Assembly (NCBI RefSeq): GCF_020745735.1
Contig: NC_083437.1
Coordinates: forward strand, 23,746,001-23,810,000
Length of the DNA: 64,000 bases
Direction of reading: 5' to 3'
DNA from: Hemiscyllium ocellatum
Lineage: Eukaryota
Shown here: one piece after another, positions 34,196 to 47,213 of the stretch
How positions within the stretch are numbered: the stretch's first letter is position 1
Layout of the letters: each line of letters starts with the position of its first letter
The notes under the pieces: model-generated
Told to the model about the DNA's origin: nothing
What the model saw: only the letters and a program-made list of their open reading frames with translations
Databases searched by the model: none
Program-made: the position numbers and the translations under genes

Positions 34196-36089
34196 CTAGC
34201 AGTTGGGATCCAATTAAAAGTCTGCATTGGATGGCTCACTACCATTGTCCTGTAGTTGCATTTAATGTTTGCAGCCATTAAATGACTGCCAGTCAATTCT
34301 TAACAATGTTCCTAATCTCGCTGAATTGATTGAGAGCTGTGAGTGTAAATCACCTTCCTCCTATGAAGAAGGCAAGTCATTGCTAATTACTGTTACACAG
34401 ATCATTTGTCAGTAGCTGACTGTAGGCCAGCAGGGAGGCAAGTGAGTGGCATTTCAGATCTCTTAATGACTTGCTGTATAGCCTTAGCAAACAATAAGCC
34501 TTAAAGCTCTTTGAACAAAAGTGTTCATATCTTTTGAAGGAGAAGTAAATTGGAGTGTGTTGGAACTAAAGATATGTAAAATAAATATTGCATAATTTTA
34601 ATTAGTATAACCTTTAGAAATTTCTTATTGCACAGCAGAAATTCTTGGTGGCTTAGTCTCCCACAGTAGATTAACTGCAGTTGTTCATGGAGGCTATGTG
34701 CCACCACATGCTTGAGGACAAGCAGGGGTGAGCAATAAATGGTGACCTTGCTAGAGATGCTCATGTCCCATGAACAAATTTAGGAAAAAAAGTTGGCACA
34801 AGTTTTTCCTCACAAATGTGTGATAGACGTCTGAGCATTATCAGTTTCAAAACATTTATTATCTTGAAATAGATTTAAAGGAGAGGCCTGTATTAGCCTA
34901 TTGATTTTTTTTTCTTTAGAAAGTAATTGAACAGTAGACTTCCTGCTGTAAATTCTAAATAATACACCCTATATTTGTTACAAAGTTAGAACTTAAACAT
35001 GATTTGATAAAGGTAGTTTTTTCCAGATCCACTAGTAATCATATAATTCCTTTATCTGCATTTACGTGTCCAATAGTTAATATTTGTCATGTCATTGAAT
35101 TTAATATGTTGTGATTCCACAGTTGCCCATTTTTCCTTTTGTTCCCAAATCCATTCATACCTGGCTTCTCCTACTATTTTTGGAGTATCACTTGTGTATA
35201 ACTCGTTTTAACATTGGCAATTCAAGTAGTTTTGTCCTGTGATTGTTCATGTTTTTAGTCAGCATTTCTAGCCATCAGAATTTTGTAATGTTGTAAACAA
35301 AGCTTAAAAACAGACTTTGGACAATGATTTGTGTAATTGTTAGGTAACATTTCTTTTTAACACATGCACTGCAGACTTACATTTAGGATATTGACATTAT
35401 TTTACCAAGGATGTATGAACTTAACTATTTTTGCTTGAATTCTCAAAAGCAACAAAAATTTGAAGTTTACCATAAACTGCAAATGACTTCAATTGTTGAT
35501 TAATACTCTTGTTTCTGACTGTGCCTGACTGTAGCATCACTTGAAGTCTTGAATGAAGAATCTCCATTCCTGGCACAAGGCATTGCTAAAATAAAATATG
35601 TACATTAAAATGTTGTGTTTATATATTTTCCACATTTTTGGTCTTGGTTTCCCATTCTATTCCTCCCTTAAAAGCTAGTGCACTCTTGATTAATGAAGAG
35701 CTTTGTATTTGATTTTCCATGACTTTGCTGGTACTCTAGCTGGCAGAGTACTGGTCCCTTCACTGGAAGGTGCTGAAGTACTGGTCCCTGGCCTCCCTGT
35801 CCAGAATAATATCACTAGTTTTCTGAAGCTCCATCTGATCTCACTATGTGGGAACTCACAGGCTGACATCCAGCTGTGTTCTTGAGCTTTGCCTTAAAAT
35901 AATGCATTAAACTCTGTAGGCAGAGTCCCAAAGAGCAGCAAACTTTTATAAATTGCCTAAAATACAGTTTGTGAAATGTGATTTACTACCTCATTGATGT
36001 CGATCTGTAGACTAAGAAATTTGAAAAGTTGTATAAATCATATTCGGAAAAAAACAACCTTAATTACAGTAAAGATCTTTACTTTGCAG

Positions 36090-36228
36090 GTTATGTCTTT
36101 CAATCACTGATTTTCATCCAGATACCTGGAACCCTGCCTGGTCTGTCTCTACAATCCTGACTGGTCTTCTTAGCTTCATGGTAGAAAAAGGGCCGACATT
36201 GGGTAGTATTGAAACTTCTGAATATACA
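36090..36228 (+). CDS. UBE2J2: UBE2J2 coding exon 4 (catalytic Cys94)
   Basis: (R)LCLSITDFHPDTWNPAWSVSTILTGLLSFMVEKGPTLGSIETSEYT; tttgcag acceptor, GTGAGT donor; 139 nt. Confidence 0.98.
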
Positions 36229-37034
36229 GTGAGTTCCTTCCATTAATTACTAAAGAAAAGCCTTTTGCTATCATGCTGTAGATTTTTCAAGGTTTGAACA
36301 GCGTGATGTTGCTGCCTTTCACATTGTATTCTTATTCTGTTCCACTCCACCTCCCTTTTCTTATAGTCCCCTGAATCTCCTACATCTGGAGCTAAGGATG
36401 GTCTGCCTCTAAGTTCTCTTTCTCTGTATTGAGCATAATACTCCCTAGACAGACCAAGAGTACAGTTCAATGGAAGTGGATTACTTTTATGTCTGTTCCT
36501 TGTTTTCTAGGTCTATTATGTAATCATCTTCTTATTTTATGCTTAACTTGCATTCTTTCCAAATTTAAGCATCTTCAAAATACTTGCTATGTTCTCACTT
36601 GCAACCAGTCCCACTTACCCATCACCCATGTTCGCTGTTCTGCTTTTTGTTCTTGGTCAACCAATGCATTAATGTTAAAGTTTCCATTCTGTTTTCAAAT
36701 TCTTTTTGTCCTCCCTACAAATCCCTACTCTCATTTCCACCAGCTCAGTTCCAGTCCAATACATCTCCACATGCTGCCATTTCTGACATTTTAGCCATTC
36801 CTGATTTTAATTAGTGTGTAGCTGCCTCAGCTTTGCTATCGCTTCCTTCTATCTCTTTCTCTGCCTTTTCACCTGACAATCCTCATTTAAAGTGATATTT
36901 ATACTGGCCACTTTTACCAAGCTTTTGGTCCTCTGGCTTAAAGTCTGCTAATTTGGCAGTGTTAACCTTTGTTCTGTAATGCTTCTCTAAAGCATCTTGG
37001 GATATTTATTACATTAAAGACAGTACATAAATAG

Positions 37035-37290
37035 CGAGTTTTGAGAAGATTTGTAGCCCTGGTTGAGGTTTTGGTTGTAGGTTTGCTCGCTGAGCCGACA
37101 GGTTCATTTCCAGACGTTTCGTTACCCTACTAGGTAATATCTTCAGTGGGCCTCAGGCAAAGCAATGCTGAAAATTCCTGATTTCTATTTATATGACATC
37201 ACCAACCCAAAGAAACCCAAACATATACCTAGTAGGGTAACGAAACATCTGGAAATGAACCTGTCAGCTCTGCAAGCAAACCTACATCCA
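37035..37290 (-). mobile_element. Penelope-like terminal remnant with inverted structure (same family as 20605-21385)
   Basis: TGTAGGTTTGCTCGCTGAGCCGACAGGTTCATTTCCAGACGTTTCGTTACCCTACTAGG and its inverted copy at 37227-37288. Confidence 0.8.
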
Positions 37291-38092
37291 CGGTATATAA
37301 ATTAAAGTTGTCACATGAAAATATGTTTTGTTCATTTTATAATTTATTGATCAATCTGCCAGTCATCAATGCCAAATGTATCGGGCTCACGTATAAGTGG
37401 ATAGAGAGCTTTCAGGTGCTCCTTGAGTTTGGTACAACGTAGAAATTTATTAACCAAATTTCCACCTTTCACCTCTATATTTAGGGTCACGTTCTGAAAT
37501 TATTGGACCTTTCTGTCAGGGAGGGGCTGTTTGTTCTTTTGTCAGTACCATGGGAAAATAAACTGATCTTCAGTTTTTGACATTAACACATTTAATCATC
37601 TTAGCTGGGTTTTCTCTCTATTTATTTGCAAAAGTTAATAATTTTGAAGCTTCTGGTTTCAGAATAATTTATTTTTTGGGATGTTCATTGCTGTGATGAA
37701 GCTGATGATCTTGTTTGCTTTCAAAATCTAATCCTCTTGCCGTAAGCCTTTCGAAATGGTTGGCTACTAGCATCCCAAGCCCTAACAATGAACAACCTGT
37801 TGTAAGTTTTACAGCAGGTTTGTTGTGGCTATTCAATGTACTGGGAAGATTTTGCTAGTTTGTCTGATTTCATAGATTCACAAGTGTCTCCATTGCTGGC
37901 TTGTCAAAGAATAAACCTGGGGGGGATCCAAGATGGCGGCAACCCAGCAAGACTGAGTCCACAGTGCTCTACCCAAAACTTGGGCAAAGTGGATCACCCA
38001 CCCCCACCACACTCACTAAACCATTTATAATAGTTGTTAACCTTAAATAGTTACCTATTAATATATTTAAATAGTCTAATACTAGTTGAAAA

Positions 38093-38956
38093 ATGAGTAA
38101 AGGGAAGGGAACAGGTGGCTCTAAGAAAGCAGGCACCCCTCCCCCACCCTCTCCCTCTTCAGCTACAGCAAAGATGTCTACAGCAACTTCAGGAGAGTTA
38201 ACAATGAAGATGAGCTTTGAGGAGATGTTTGCCAGGTGGGAGGTGAAGATTGATGCTTTTATTGATGAGTCTCGGCAGAGCAGGGAGGCACTCTCCGCTG
38301 AGCTGCAGAAGCACGGCAGAGACATTCAGGAACTGGAGCGCCGAGTCGGAGAGGCGAAGTCGAAAGCCGCAGCCTCGGAGACTGCGATAAAATCGGCAGC
38401 CGACCACGTCCGTTTTCTCGAGAATCGAGTCCAGAACCTAGAAAACCACATAGACGGTCTCGAAAATCGAGCTCGTCGAAAAAATATTTGGTTGCTGGGC
38501 CTTCCCGAGCAGGAAGAGGGAGGCCAGCTCACAGCATTCTTAGAGCATTGGCTGCCACAACTTTTAAATCTGCAGGCTGGATCAGGCCAGGTAAGGGTAG
38601 AATGGGCCTACCGGGTCGCAGTACGTGGACCCGGTTCAACCCAGCGCACACGCCCAGTCCTGTTCCAGCTGCAGAGCTATAGGGAGAGGCAGATGCTCCT
38701 GGAAGCCTCAAGAAATCTGGGAAAAGATCCCCAAGCTATGACCCACAAAGGATCCAGGATCATGCTGTTCCAGGACTTCTCCCCAGCTTTGGTCCGAAAG
38801 AGGAAGGCATTCGATGAGGCGAAGAAGTGTTTAAGGGACTTAAATATCCAGTACTCCTTACGATATCCAGCGACACTACGCCTTAGCCACGAAGGATCCA
38901 TATATAACTTCGGATCACCGGAGAAGGCTAAGGAATTCTTGGACTCTCTTAAATAA
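38093..38956 (+). CDS. L1 ORF1p, 287 aa, intact
   Basis: Heptad-rich N-terminal half; ENRARRKNIWLLGLPE, IMLFQDFSP and YSLRYPATL motifs. Confidence 0.92.
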   Translation: MSKGKGTGGSKKAGTPPPPSPSSATAKMSTATSGELTMKMSFEEMFARWEVKIDAFIDESRQSREALSAELQKHGRDIQELERRVGEAKSKAAASETAIKSAADHVRFLENRVQNLENHIDGLENRARRKNIWLLGLPEQEEGGQLTAFLEHWLPQLLNLQAGSGQVRVEWAYRVAVRGPGSTQRTRPVLFQLQSYRERQMLLEASRNLGKDPQAMTHKGSRIMLFQDFSPALVRKRKAFDEAKKCLRDLNIQYSLRYPATLRLSHEGSIYNFGSPEKAKEFLDSLK

Positions 38957-39589
38957 ACTGTAAGAGATTGTGGACGTTGGTCTGCCTTTCCCATTATTTT
39001 GGTTTACATCCCTTCATCTTTTCCTATCTTTCCCCCTATGTGTGTATGTATATATATATATATATATATATAGGGGCGTTTGGTTAATGTTGGTGGGGGG
39101 AGGTGGTTACCTTATTCTATTTTACTTCTGTTTTTAGGAGCAGGGTTGTTTTTCTTTCCCCTGTTATTTTGTGGTATTATATTTAAGTATTACGTGTTGA
39201 GATTGTAATCTTATAGTTATATATTTATATATGGTATTAATATTCCCAGATATATTTAGGTGTGGGTGGGGGTGGGGTGTTCACTGTTAACTCTAGCTTT
39301 ATATTATATTTGAATTCTCCTCATTTTTATTGAGGAACACCTGGGTCAAGGGTGGGGCACTGGTTGGAAGAGGGTAAGATGGACTGTGGGAGAGGAAGTG
39401 ACGCTCCCTGGGAACAAGGGAGAAAATCTCCAATTCGGAATGTTTTATATCTTTTTTACTTAGAAAGAGTATTTTGTTATATTGTTTTGAGTGTATTAGA
39501 GAGTCTTTACTTTTGTAAATTTTGTATGCTCCATGCTCGGGATGTTCTAGATAGGGTTTCCCCTCCCGAGGGGTCTCGGATCTGTCCAG

Positions 39590-42500
39590 ATGATTATGGC
39601 TAATCAGTCGATTAAGTGGTGCACCTGGAATGTCAGGGGGAGTAATTCGCCAGTTAAAAGGAAGAAAATATTATCAAATCTTAAGAAGGAGAGAGTTGAT
39701 ATAGCTCTCCTACAGGAGACACACCTGTCGGATAAAGAACACTTAAAATTACGACAGGGCGGATTTGATCAGGCCTTTTTTTCCTCTTTTAATTCAAAAA
39801 GCAGGGGAGTCGTTATCCTTGTCCGGAAGAATTTCCCTTTTAAAATTCTAAATCAGATAAAAGACGAATCTGGACGATATATTTTGATTAAAGCCCTCAT
39901 AAATGGAGAGGAATATGGGATCTTAAATGTGTACTGCCCCCCGGCACACCCCTTTAAATTCATAACGGAAGCTTTTTCAAAACTGATGGCCTTTGGTACC
40001 CGTCATACAATTATAGGGGGAGACTTTAATTGTATTATGGATCCGGAAATAGACAGGATTCCCAAGAGTACCGCTGGAGTATCTCCCAGATCTAGACAAC
40101 TGGCGGACCTGAATAAAGAATTAGGATTGGTAGATGTATGGAGATGTCTCCATCCACAGGGTAGAGATTTTTCTTTCTACTCTAATCCACATAAATGTCA
40201 CACAAGAATTGATATGTTTTTTGCCCCGTCGATTTTTCTAAATTCTATATCAACCTGTAAAATAGGTACTATAGCAATCTCTGACCATGCCGCTGTATAC
40301 ATGGAAACTAAGGTAAAGAACAATGGGATAACCGCTCGGCATTGGCGAATGGACCCCTTCCTGTTAAAAGATAGCAAATTTTTAAAGTACTTCTCCCAAG
40401 AACTTAAAACTTTTTTTAGAAATTAATACAGGTACGGCTAGCAATCCGTCAATGATGTGGGAGACCATCAAAGCTTATGCACGAGGTTTGATCATCTCCT
40501 ATTCAGCGACCCAGAGGAAAATGAAGGGAGAACAACAGCGTCTGCTCGAAGCTCGCCTAAAAGCAGCCGAAACAGCATATGCTGATAGACCTTCTATCAC
40601 AAAATTGCAGAGGATTACAGCTCTTAGAACAGCTTTAAACACCGCGCTTACTCAAACGGCTAAAAGGGAAATATTATTTGCGAAACAAAGACTATATGAA
40701 TATGGCGACAAACCAGGTAGATACCTAGCATTTCTTGCAAAGAAAAAGAAAGCCCCTCAAACTATCCCGACCATCAAGGAAAGTACAGGTACCCTGACTC
40801 ATGATCATAAAAAGATCAATGCGACCTTTAAAGAATTTTATTCTGAACTATATAGATCGCAGGATTGTGAAGATAGGATTAAGAGGATGCAGTCATTTTT
40901 TAAAAATTTGACCTTCCCGGGCCTGACTCCGGAACAGGTGTCGGCCCTAAATACCCCTTTAACAGTCCAAGAAATACTTGAGGCAATTAGGCAACTTCAG
41001 AGCGGAAAGGCACCGGGCCCGGATGGTTTTCAAGCTGAATTCTATAAAGAATTTACAGGAATATTGGCTGACCCACTTATGGATGTGTATAATTTTGCGT
41101 ATAGTCAGGTCTGTCTCCCGCCCTCGCTGAAAGAAGCAAATATTTCTCTTATCCTCAAAAAAGGAAAAGACCCAGAAGACTGTGCATCTTACAGACCAAT
41201 ATCCTTACTAAATGTAGACTTTAAAATTCTCTCAAAAATGTTAGCACTAAGACTAGAAAGGGTACTGCCATATATTATAAAGGAGGACCAGACGGGATTT
41301 ATTAAGGGCCGCAGATCATCCAATAATATCAGAAGGGTCTTGAATATGATCCAAGCCTGTCATCAGGGAAAGATACCAGGAGTAGTAATTTCATTGGATG
41401 CGGAAAAGGCATTCGATAGGGTTGAATGGTCATATTTATTTTACACATTGGAAAGGTTTGGCGTTGGACAGGTGTTTACCAAATGGGTTTCAACATTGTA
41501 TAATGACCCCAAAGCAGCTGTTATTACTAATGGGTTAAGATCGGATGGCTTCAGTGTGGGTAGGGGCTGCCGTCAAGGATGTCCTCTCTCACCATTGTTG
41601 TTTACGCTGATAATCGAACCATTAGCAGAAGCCATCCGGACTGATCCTAATATAACGGCCCCGAGGATTGGTACAGGTAAACACAAACTTTCCCTCTATG
41701 CAGATGACGTTCTCTTATTCCTCAGTAATCCTTTAACGTCAGTGCCTCGTCTAATTCAAGTTATTAATACAGTTAGTGCATTCTCAGGCTATAAAATTAA
41801 TTTTTCAAAATCGGAAGCCATGCCAATGGGTGGTCTGGCTATGATACCCCACCTAATGGACGGATCCCTTTTTCCCTTCCGTTGGTCCCTGGAGGGCTTC
41901 TTATATTTAGGTATTTTTATCACGCCAGTATTTGGTCAGCTGTATAGGGCTAATTTTGTACAATTAATGGAAAGGATAAGGCAGGACCTCCAGCGACGGA
42001 GAGACCTTCCGATTTCCTGGCTAGGTAGAATAGCATTAATTAAAATGAATGTTCTGCCCCGTCTCTTATATCCTATGAGAATGCTCCCGCTGATGCTGCC
42101 AAGGCTAGCCCTACGTAAATTATATGGCTGGTTGGGCTCCTTTATTTGGAACCATAGACGGCCCCTTATTAAGCTGAAGAAGCTACAGCTTCCACAGGCA
42201 AGGGGAGGACTGGATTTCCCAGACTTTAGGAAATATCAGTTAAGCTCCCTACTAAGTTACATAGCTGATTGGGTTTCATCTGATCCACAATCAATCTGGT
42301 TGGATATCGAAGCCTCCCAAGTAAAATATCCACTTACTAACCTTTTATTTTCAGATAAGAGGAAAATCATTACAGACCACTGTAAAAATCCCATAATATT
42401 AAACACAATTAAGGCCTGGAATATAATGCGGCAAAATGAGGGTAACTCACATAAAACATCCCCCCATGCGCCAATAGTAGGCGCATGGGGATTCCAACCG

Positions 42501-43403
42501 GGGATTACAGATGCCACCTTTAAACTCTGGAGATCCAGGGGCATCTCATGCTTAGGGGACCTATTTAAAGATGGGATCCTGATGTCCTTTGAGCAGCTGC
42601 GTCTGAAATTTGGAATACCTAATGGGGATCTCTTTCGATACTTCCAAGTTCGAGATTATATACAGAAGAAGACTACATTAATAGATAGTCTTTATAAATC
42701 AGACAGAGAACGTAATGTCCTACGACCAGCGGGGGTATCCTCCATTAGTACTATATACCATTTGCTACATGATGGAGTTTCAGGAGACATGGATGACCTG
42801 CTTAAAACATGGGAGCATGACTTGGGGCTAGAAATCTCTGAGGATATGTGGAATGACATTTGGGAAAATGCTAGAAGAATTACTATCTGTAACAGAACTC
42901 AGGCTATCCAACTAAAGATACTTCATAGGGCCCATATAGCTCCGGCTCGACTGGCAAAATTTAAGGCAGGAGCATCTCCAATGTGTCCCAAATGTAAAAT
43001 AGAGATGGGTACACTTGTACATTGTCTGTGGACTTGTCAGAAAATCCGCAGATACTGGACTAAAGTGGCAAATACCCTGACAGAAATTTTTGGAACGGAA
43101 ATTAGGGTGGACCCTGTATCTCTCCTTTTGGGCTTTTCGAACCTCTCATCTCTGGATATGCATGGGAAGAGACAATTTTCTATTCTCTCTTTCTGTGCAA
43201 GGAAAAATATTTTGGTGAACTGGGTGGCTGAGGGCCCCCCTGGACTTTCAAATTGGCACAGATTAATTATGGAATATATCCCCCTTGACTTCCTCACAAA
43301 TATGGTGCACCGAAAGACTGAATTATTTTATAAAATATGGCAGCCCTTTTTGAATTATATAAATGCAGATATTTCGGCCATCCCAACAAGGGCTTTTATT
43401 TAG
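39590..43403 (+). pseudogene. L1 ORF2p (APE endonuclease, RT, CCHC) with a single +1 frameshift in a T7 run at 40411-40417
   Basis: TWNVRG, LQETH, GGDFN, RIDMFF and SDH (APE); GCRQGCPLSPLLF and YADD (RT); CPKC..HCLWTC. Removing one T gives the continuous KTFLEINTGTASNPSMMWE. Confidence 0.9.
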
Positions 43404-44524
43404 TGAAGATTTCAGATCTGGCTGCTCCGGGGCCCCTTGGGAGAGGAATCCCGCACGAATACGGGTTTTATTATATTTGATGTTTATACATTCCGAGCAT
43501 GTAAGAGACTTAGGTATACACTCTGGTTAGTTATAGGTTAGATTAGTAAAAAGTTGAGTTTTTTTTTTCTTTCTTTCTGTCTTCGGTTCTTGTTTTGTTT
43601 TCTTTTTCTTCTTGTTTTCTTTCTTTTCCTTTTCTTTGTTAAATTATGACTATTGTATATATGATTTAATTGTACATCAATGTTTGTATTTGAGAGTTTT
43701 GTTTATTTTTGTAAATTTGCAAAAATGTTAAATTTCAATAAAAATATCTATATATATAAAAAAAGAATAGACCTCCGGCTCAAACAGAGGTGCAAGGAAT
43801 GTCGTCTACTGAGCTGTATCCTGTATTAGTTCAAAGCAGAGAGGAGACTTTGCGGGTTTTCTGGGGGTTGGACAGTCTACTGGAATTCAAGCTCTGACTT
43901 TGATCAAAATTTGCTATTCTGGTACTGGAACATTAGGAAAAAAGAATGATTACAAAGACAGTTTTTGAAATTGCAAACGTGTTTGAATGATTTTGGCTAG
44001 CTTTCAGTTTTCTAGCTACTCTTTGGTGCTAACTGATGCTTAATCATCAGCGATGTTTGAATGTATCTAATTTTATGATCCTCTGGATTTTTCAGAATGC
44101 TATTCCCTCAAATGCCTTTTGATGTCCAGGGTATCCTTTTGAAACTATTGAAGTTTAAAGCTTTCACTCCTGTTTGCATAGATTTGCAAGGTTTTAGTGT
44201 TTTGCTTTTGTTGGTCCTGGTCCAGTTGTTAGGCAATAATCAATGTTGCCTCTACTCTAATAGCATCATAAAGGCATCTCATTACCAGCAAATCCAAGCA
44301 CTGTTTGAGTCCACTAAGTCATGATCTACTTATTAATAAAGGCAGATGAAATAATAGGCTTTACCTTTTTAAAGAAAAGTTATACATTTTTAATTAATGG
44401 AGCGAAATGCCTCTTTCCCTAACTTCTGGGCTATGGTTGCACTTTTATTAATTTTGCTTAGATCTACTTTCCATGGATCTTTCAGTGCAAGATGCTTTAC
44501 TACAAATGGAGATGCACTTCTGAA

Positions 44525-45418
44525 CTACTTGGATGTCTGAAAGTCTACAAAAGGATATAGATGGGTTAAATGATTGGGCAAGGGTCTGGCAGGTGGAGTA
44601 CAATGTTGGTAAATGCGAGGTAGTTCATTTTGGTAGGAACAACAACAAAATGGACTACTATTTAAATGGTAAAATATTGCAGCATGCAGCTGTACAGAGA
44701 GTCCTGGGTCTCCTTGTTCATGAATCATAAAACATTAGGTGCAGGTGCAGCAGGTAATTCAGAAGGCAAATGGAATATTGTCATTCATTGCTAGAGGGAT
44801 GGAGTTTAAAAACAGGGAGGTTATGGTGCAGTTGTATAGGGTGCTGGTAAAGGCACACCTTGAATACTGTGTACAGTTTGAGTCCCCTTACTTGAGAAAA
44901 AATGTACTGGTACTGGAGAGGTGCAGAAGAGGTTCACAAGATTGATTCTGGAATCGAGAGGGTTAGCTTATGGGGAGAGAGATTGAGTAGACTGGGGCTA
45001 TACTCATTGGAATTTAGAAGAATGGGGGGATCTTATAGAAACCTTATAAAATAATGTTGGGAATTGATAGAAGCAGGGAGGTTGTTTCCACTGGATGGTG
45101 AAACTAGAATGGGGGGGGGGGGGGTACAGTCTCAAAATTAGGGAAAACAGATTTTAGGACGAGTTGAGGAAGAACATCTTCATCCAAAGGGTTGTGAATG
45201 AGTGGAATTCCCTGCCCAGTGAAGCAGTTGAGGCTACCTAGTTGAATGTTTTTAAGGCAAAGTTAGATGTTTGAACAGTAAAGGAATGAAGGGTTATAGT
45301 GAACAGGCGGGTGACTGGAGCTGAGTCCGCGAAAAGATCAGCCACCATCTTATTGAATGGCGGAGCAGGTTCAGTGGGCCAGACGGCCTACTCCTGCTCC
45401 TGTTTCTTATGTTCTTAC
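44525..45418 (+). mobile_element. CR1 LINE, 5'-truncated
   Basis: LQKDIDGLNDWARVWQVEYNVGKCEVVHFG..LYRVLVKAHLEYCVQF; 3' end GGCCTACTCCTGCTCCTGTTTCTTATGTTCTTA. Confidence 0.9.
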
Positions 45419-47132
45419 GGATATTCCCATTAATTTCTACTATCTGGCCACCAGTGTAGCCGTGTAGTAACAGTGGTGGTTAAAACATATCTGCCATAAT
45501 AATTAAATCCATCCTGAAGCAACCTACACATGCACAGGCGTCAGAATTATGAATAAACTGGAGCTTGATAACCTCGAATCTGTTTCAGCTACACGCTGCA
45601 CCATAAGCATTGTTTGTGGTTATGTGCCACATTCAAAAAATATTTACCCGAGTAATGATAACAAGGTCAGAAGAATCTTAGTGTGCTGAGCTATGTAGTA
45701 TTTATGTGTCCGGTCAGCATCATAAAACCTGCAGAAAATCAGGAGCCCAGCTTAAAAATGAAAGATGTCCTTAGCCATTGGTCATGAGTTGGCAAATGAC
45801 ACTGATTACATGAGACCTACAGTAATGTAAGAGCACCGTAGCTGCTTATTTTTTAAAAAGGTAAGGGCAAGTTAATACTCTTGAAATCGGACAGTAGGAT
45901 ATCTCTCTCTTAGTTTCACGATGCACAAGAAGTATTTTGTTCTATTTGTGGCACAGCGCATTTTTGGGCCACTCTATACACTTTGCAGTGAAATTTTCAG
46001 ATTTTCACAAAGTATTTGTTTTTCACGCATATTTTTTTAATTTTAAGAGCTAGATTTAAGTCTTATTATAATAATGTGTCCACAGAACTGTCCTCTTCCA
46101 TTTCTAGCTCTCTGTTATTTCAGCACGATTTATCTGAATGTTTGGATAAGGAGAAATGTTGCATTACCTGCTATAATTATTGTCTGTTCAGCTGCAAAGA
46201 TTGGAATGCCCTTTCTGTTTGCCATGTATTAACCTAGACATACTTGGTATTTTGTTTATGTGAGAAAATAGTTTGCACTATCTTGTTCTCAAATACCTCC
46301 AATGATTGAATGCTAAATAATGTTAATTTCATGTTTGCCATAGATGTCTTTGAAATTTTAGGTCAGATAGGATTAGAGGTTTGGGAAGGAAGAAGAGATG
46401 GTGACTTGTAACATGGGGCAGAGGATGAACTGAGCAGGGGGTAATGAACAATCTTGGGTAATGAACAATCTTAGCAGTCACAGTAAGATATGAAAACCAC
46501 AGTCTCACACTGGGTTGGAATGCAAACTCAAAACCGTTTGCTAGCAGAGGAAAGGGCTAATGTGCTCCTGGGCGTTTGTGATCTACTGGACAGGAATTTG
46601 GGTCAGTGAAGGGATGCTGAGGTCTAATTTGTTCAATGTTTGGGGTAAATTGAGGCCCCAAAATATGCACAGGTTAGGTTGTGGGCTGAAAATAAACACA
46701 ATTCAGAGAGTTAAAATAGAACTCATTGTGAGAAGCTAGGGTTGAGGGCTGCAGTTTCACTTTGTGTTAAGTGTCTGCTACTCATTTGTGAGGGATCATC
46801 CCATTAGGGCTAGATCTAATATTGATCAAATGATCATGGTTTGTTTTTATTTGCGCTGTCAGCCTACTGGGGCTATACCATTTAGAATCTTGAAAGCACT
46901 GATCATTTTTAAGGTTTGATAGATATTAACTTGTTCTGAATAATGCTTTAAAATTAATTTTTGATCAAATACTTTACTGTCTTTGAAAGTTACTTGTCAA
47001 TTTTCTTTATAAATTCAGTAGTGTTTTATTTTAACTGACATTACACTAGAATTGTCTTGTGGCAGTATATCCTGATTCTTGAATAAATCCAAAGTAATGC
47101 TAATGTGTTGAATCTTTTTGTTTTCCTTGCAG

Positions 47133-47213
47133 AAAAGGCAACTTGCTGCCCAAAGCAGTGCTTTTAATCTAAAGGATAAAGTGTTCTGTGAACTCTTCCC
47201 AGATTTAGTAGAG
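47133..47213 (+). CDS. UBE2J2: UBE2J2 coding exon 5
   Basis: ttccttgcag acceptor; KRQLAAQSSAFNLKDKVFCELFPDLVE; GTAAGT donor; 81 nt. Confidence 0.97.

Larger units (their letters stand above)
37919..43761 (+). mobile_element. Full-length L1-clade LINE (about 5.84 kb) in a UBE2J2 intron, sense orientation
   Basis: 5' G-run plus CAAGATGGCGGC, ORF1, about 630-nt spacer, ORF2, T-rich 3' UTR, AATAAA and A-tail. TSD AAAGAATAAACCT (37906-37918) / AAAGAATAGACCT (43762-43774). Confidence 0.95.

Noticed and set aside
40411-40418. UUUUUUA slippery heptamer as a programmed -1 frameshift in L1 ORF2
   Set aside because: Restoring ORF2 needs a +1 shift, not -1. A homopolymer indel is the simpler explanation.
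46439-46472. 17-bp direct duplication GGGTAATGAACAATCTT x2 (also a 16-bp x3 repeat at about 7498-7545)
   Set aside because: Ordinary slippage duplications with no intervening element.
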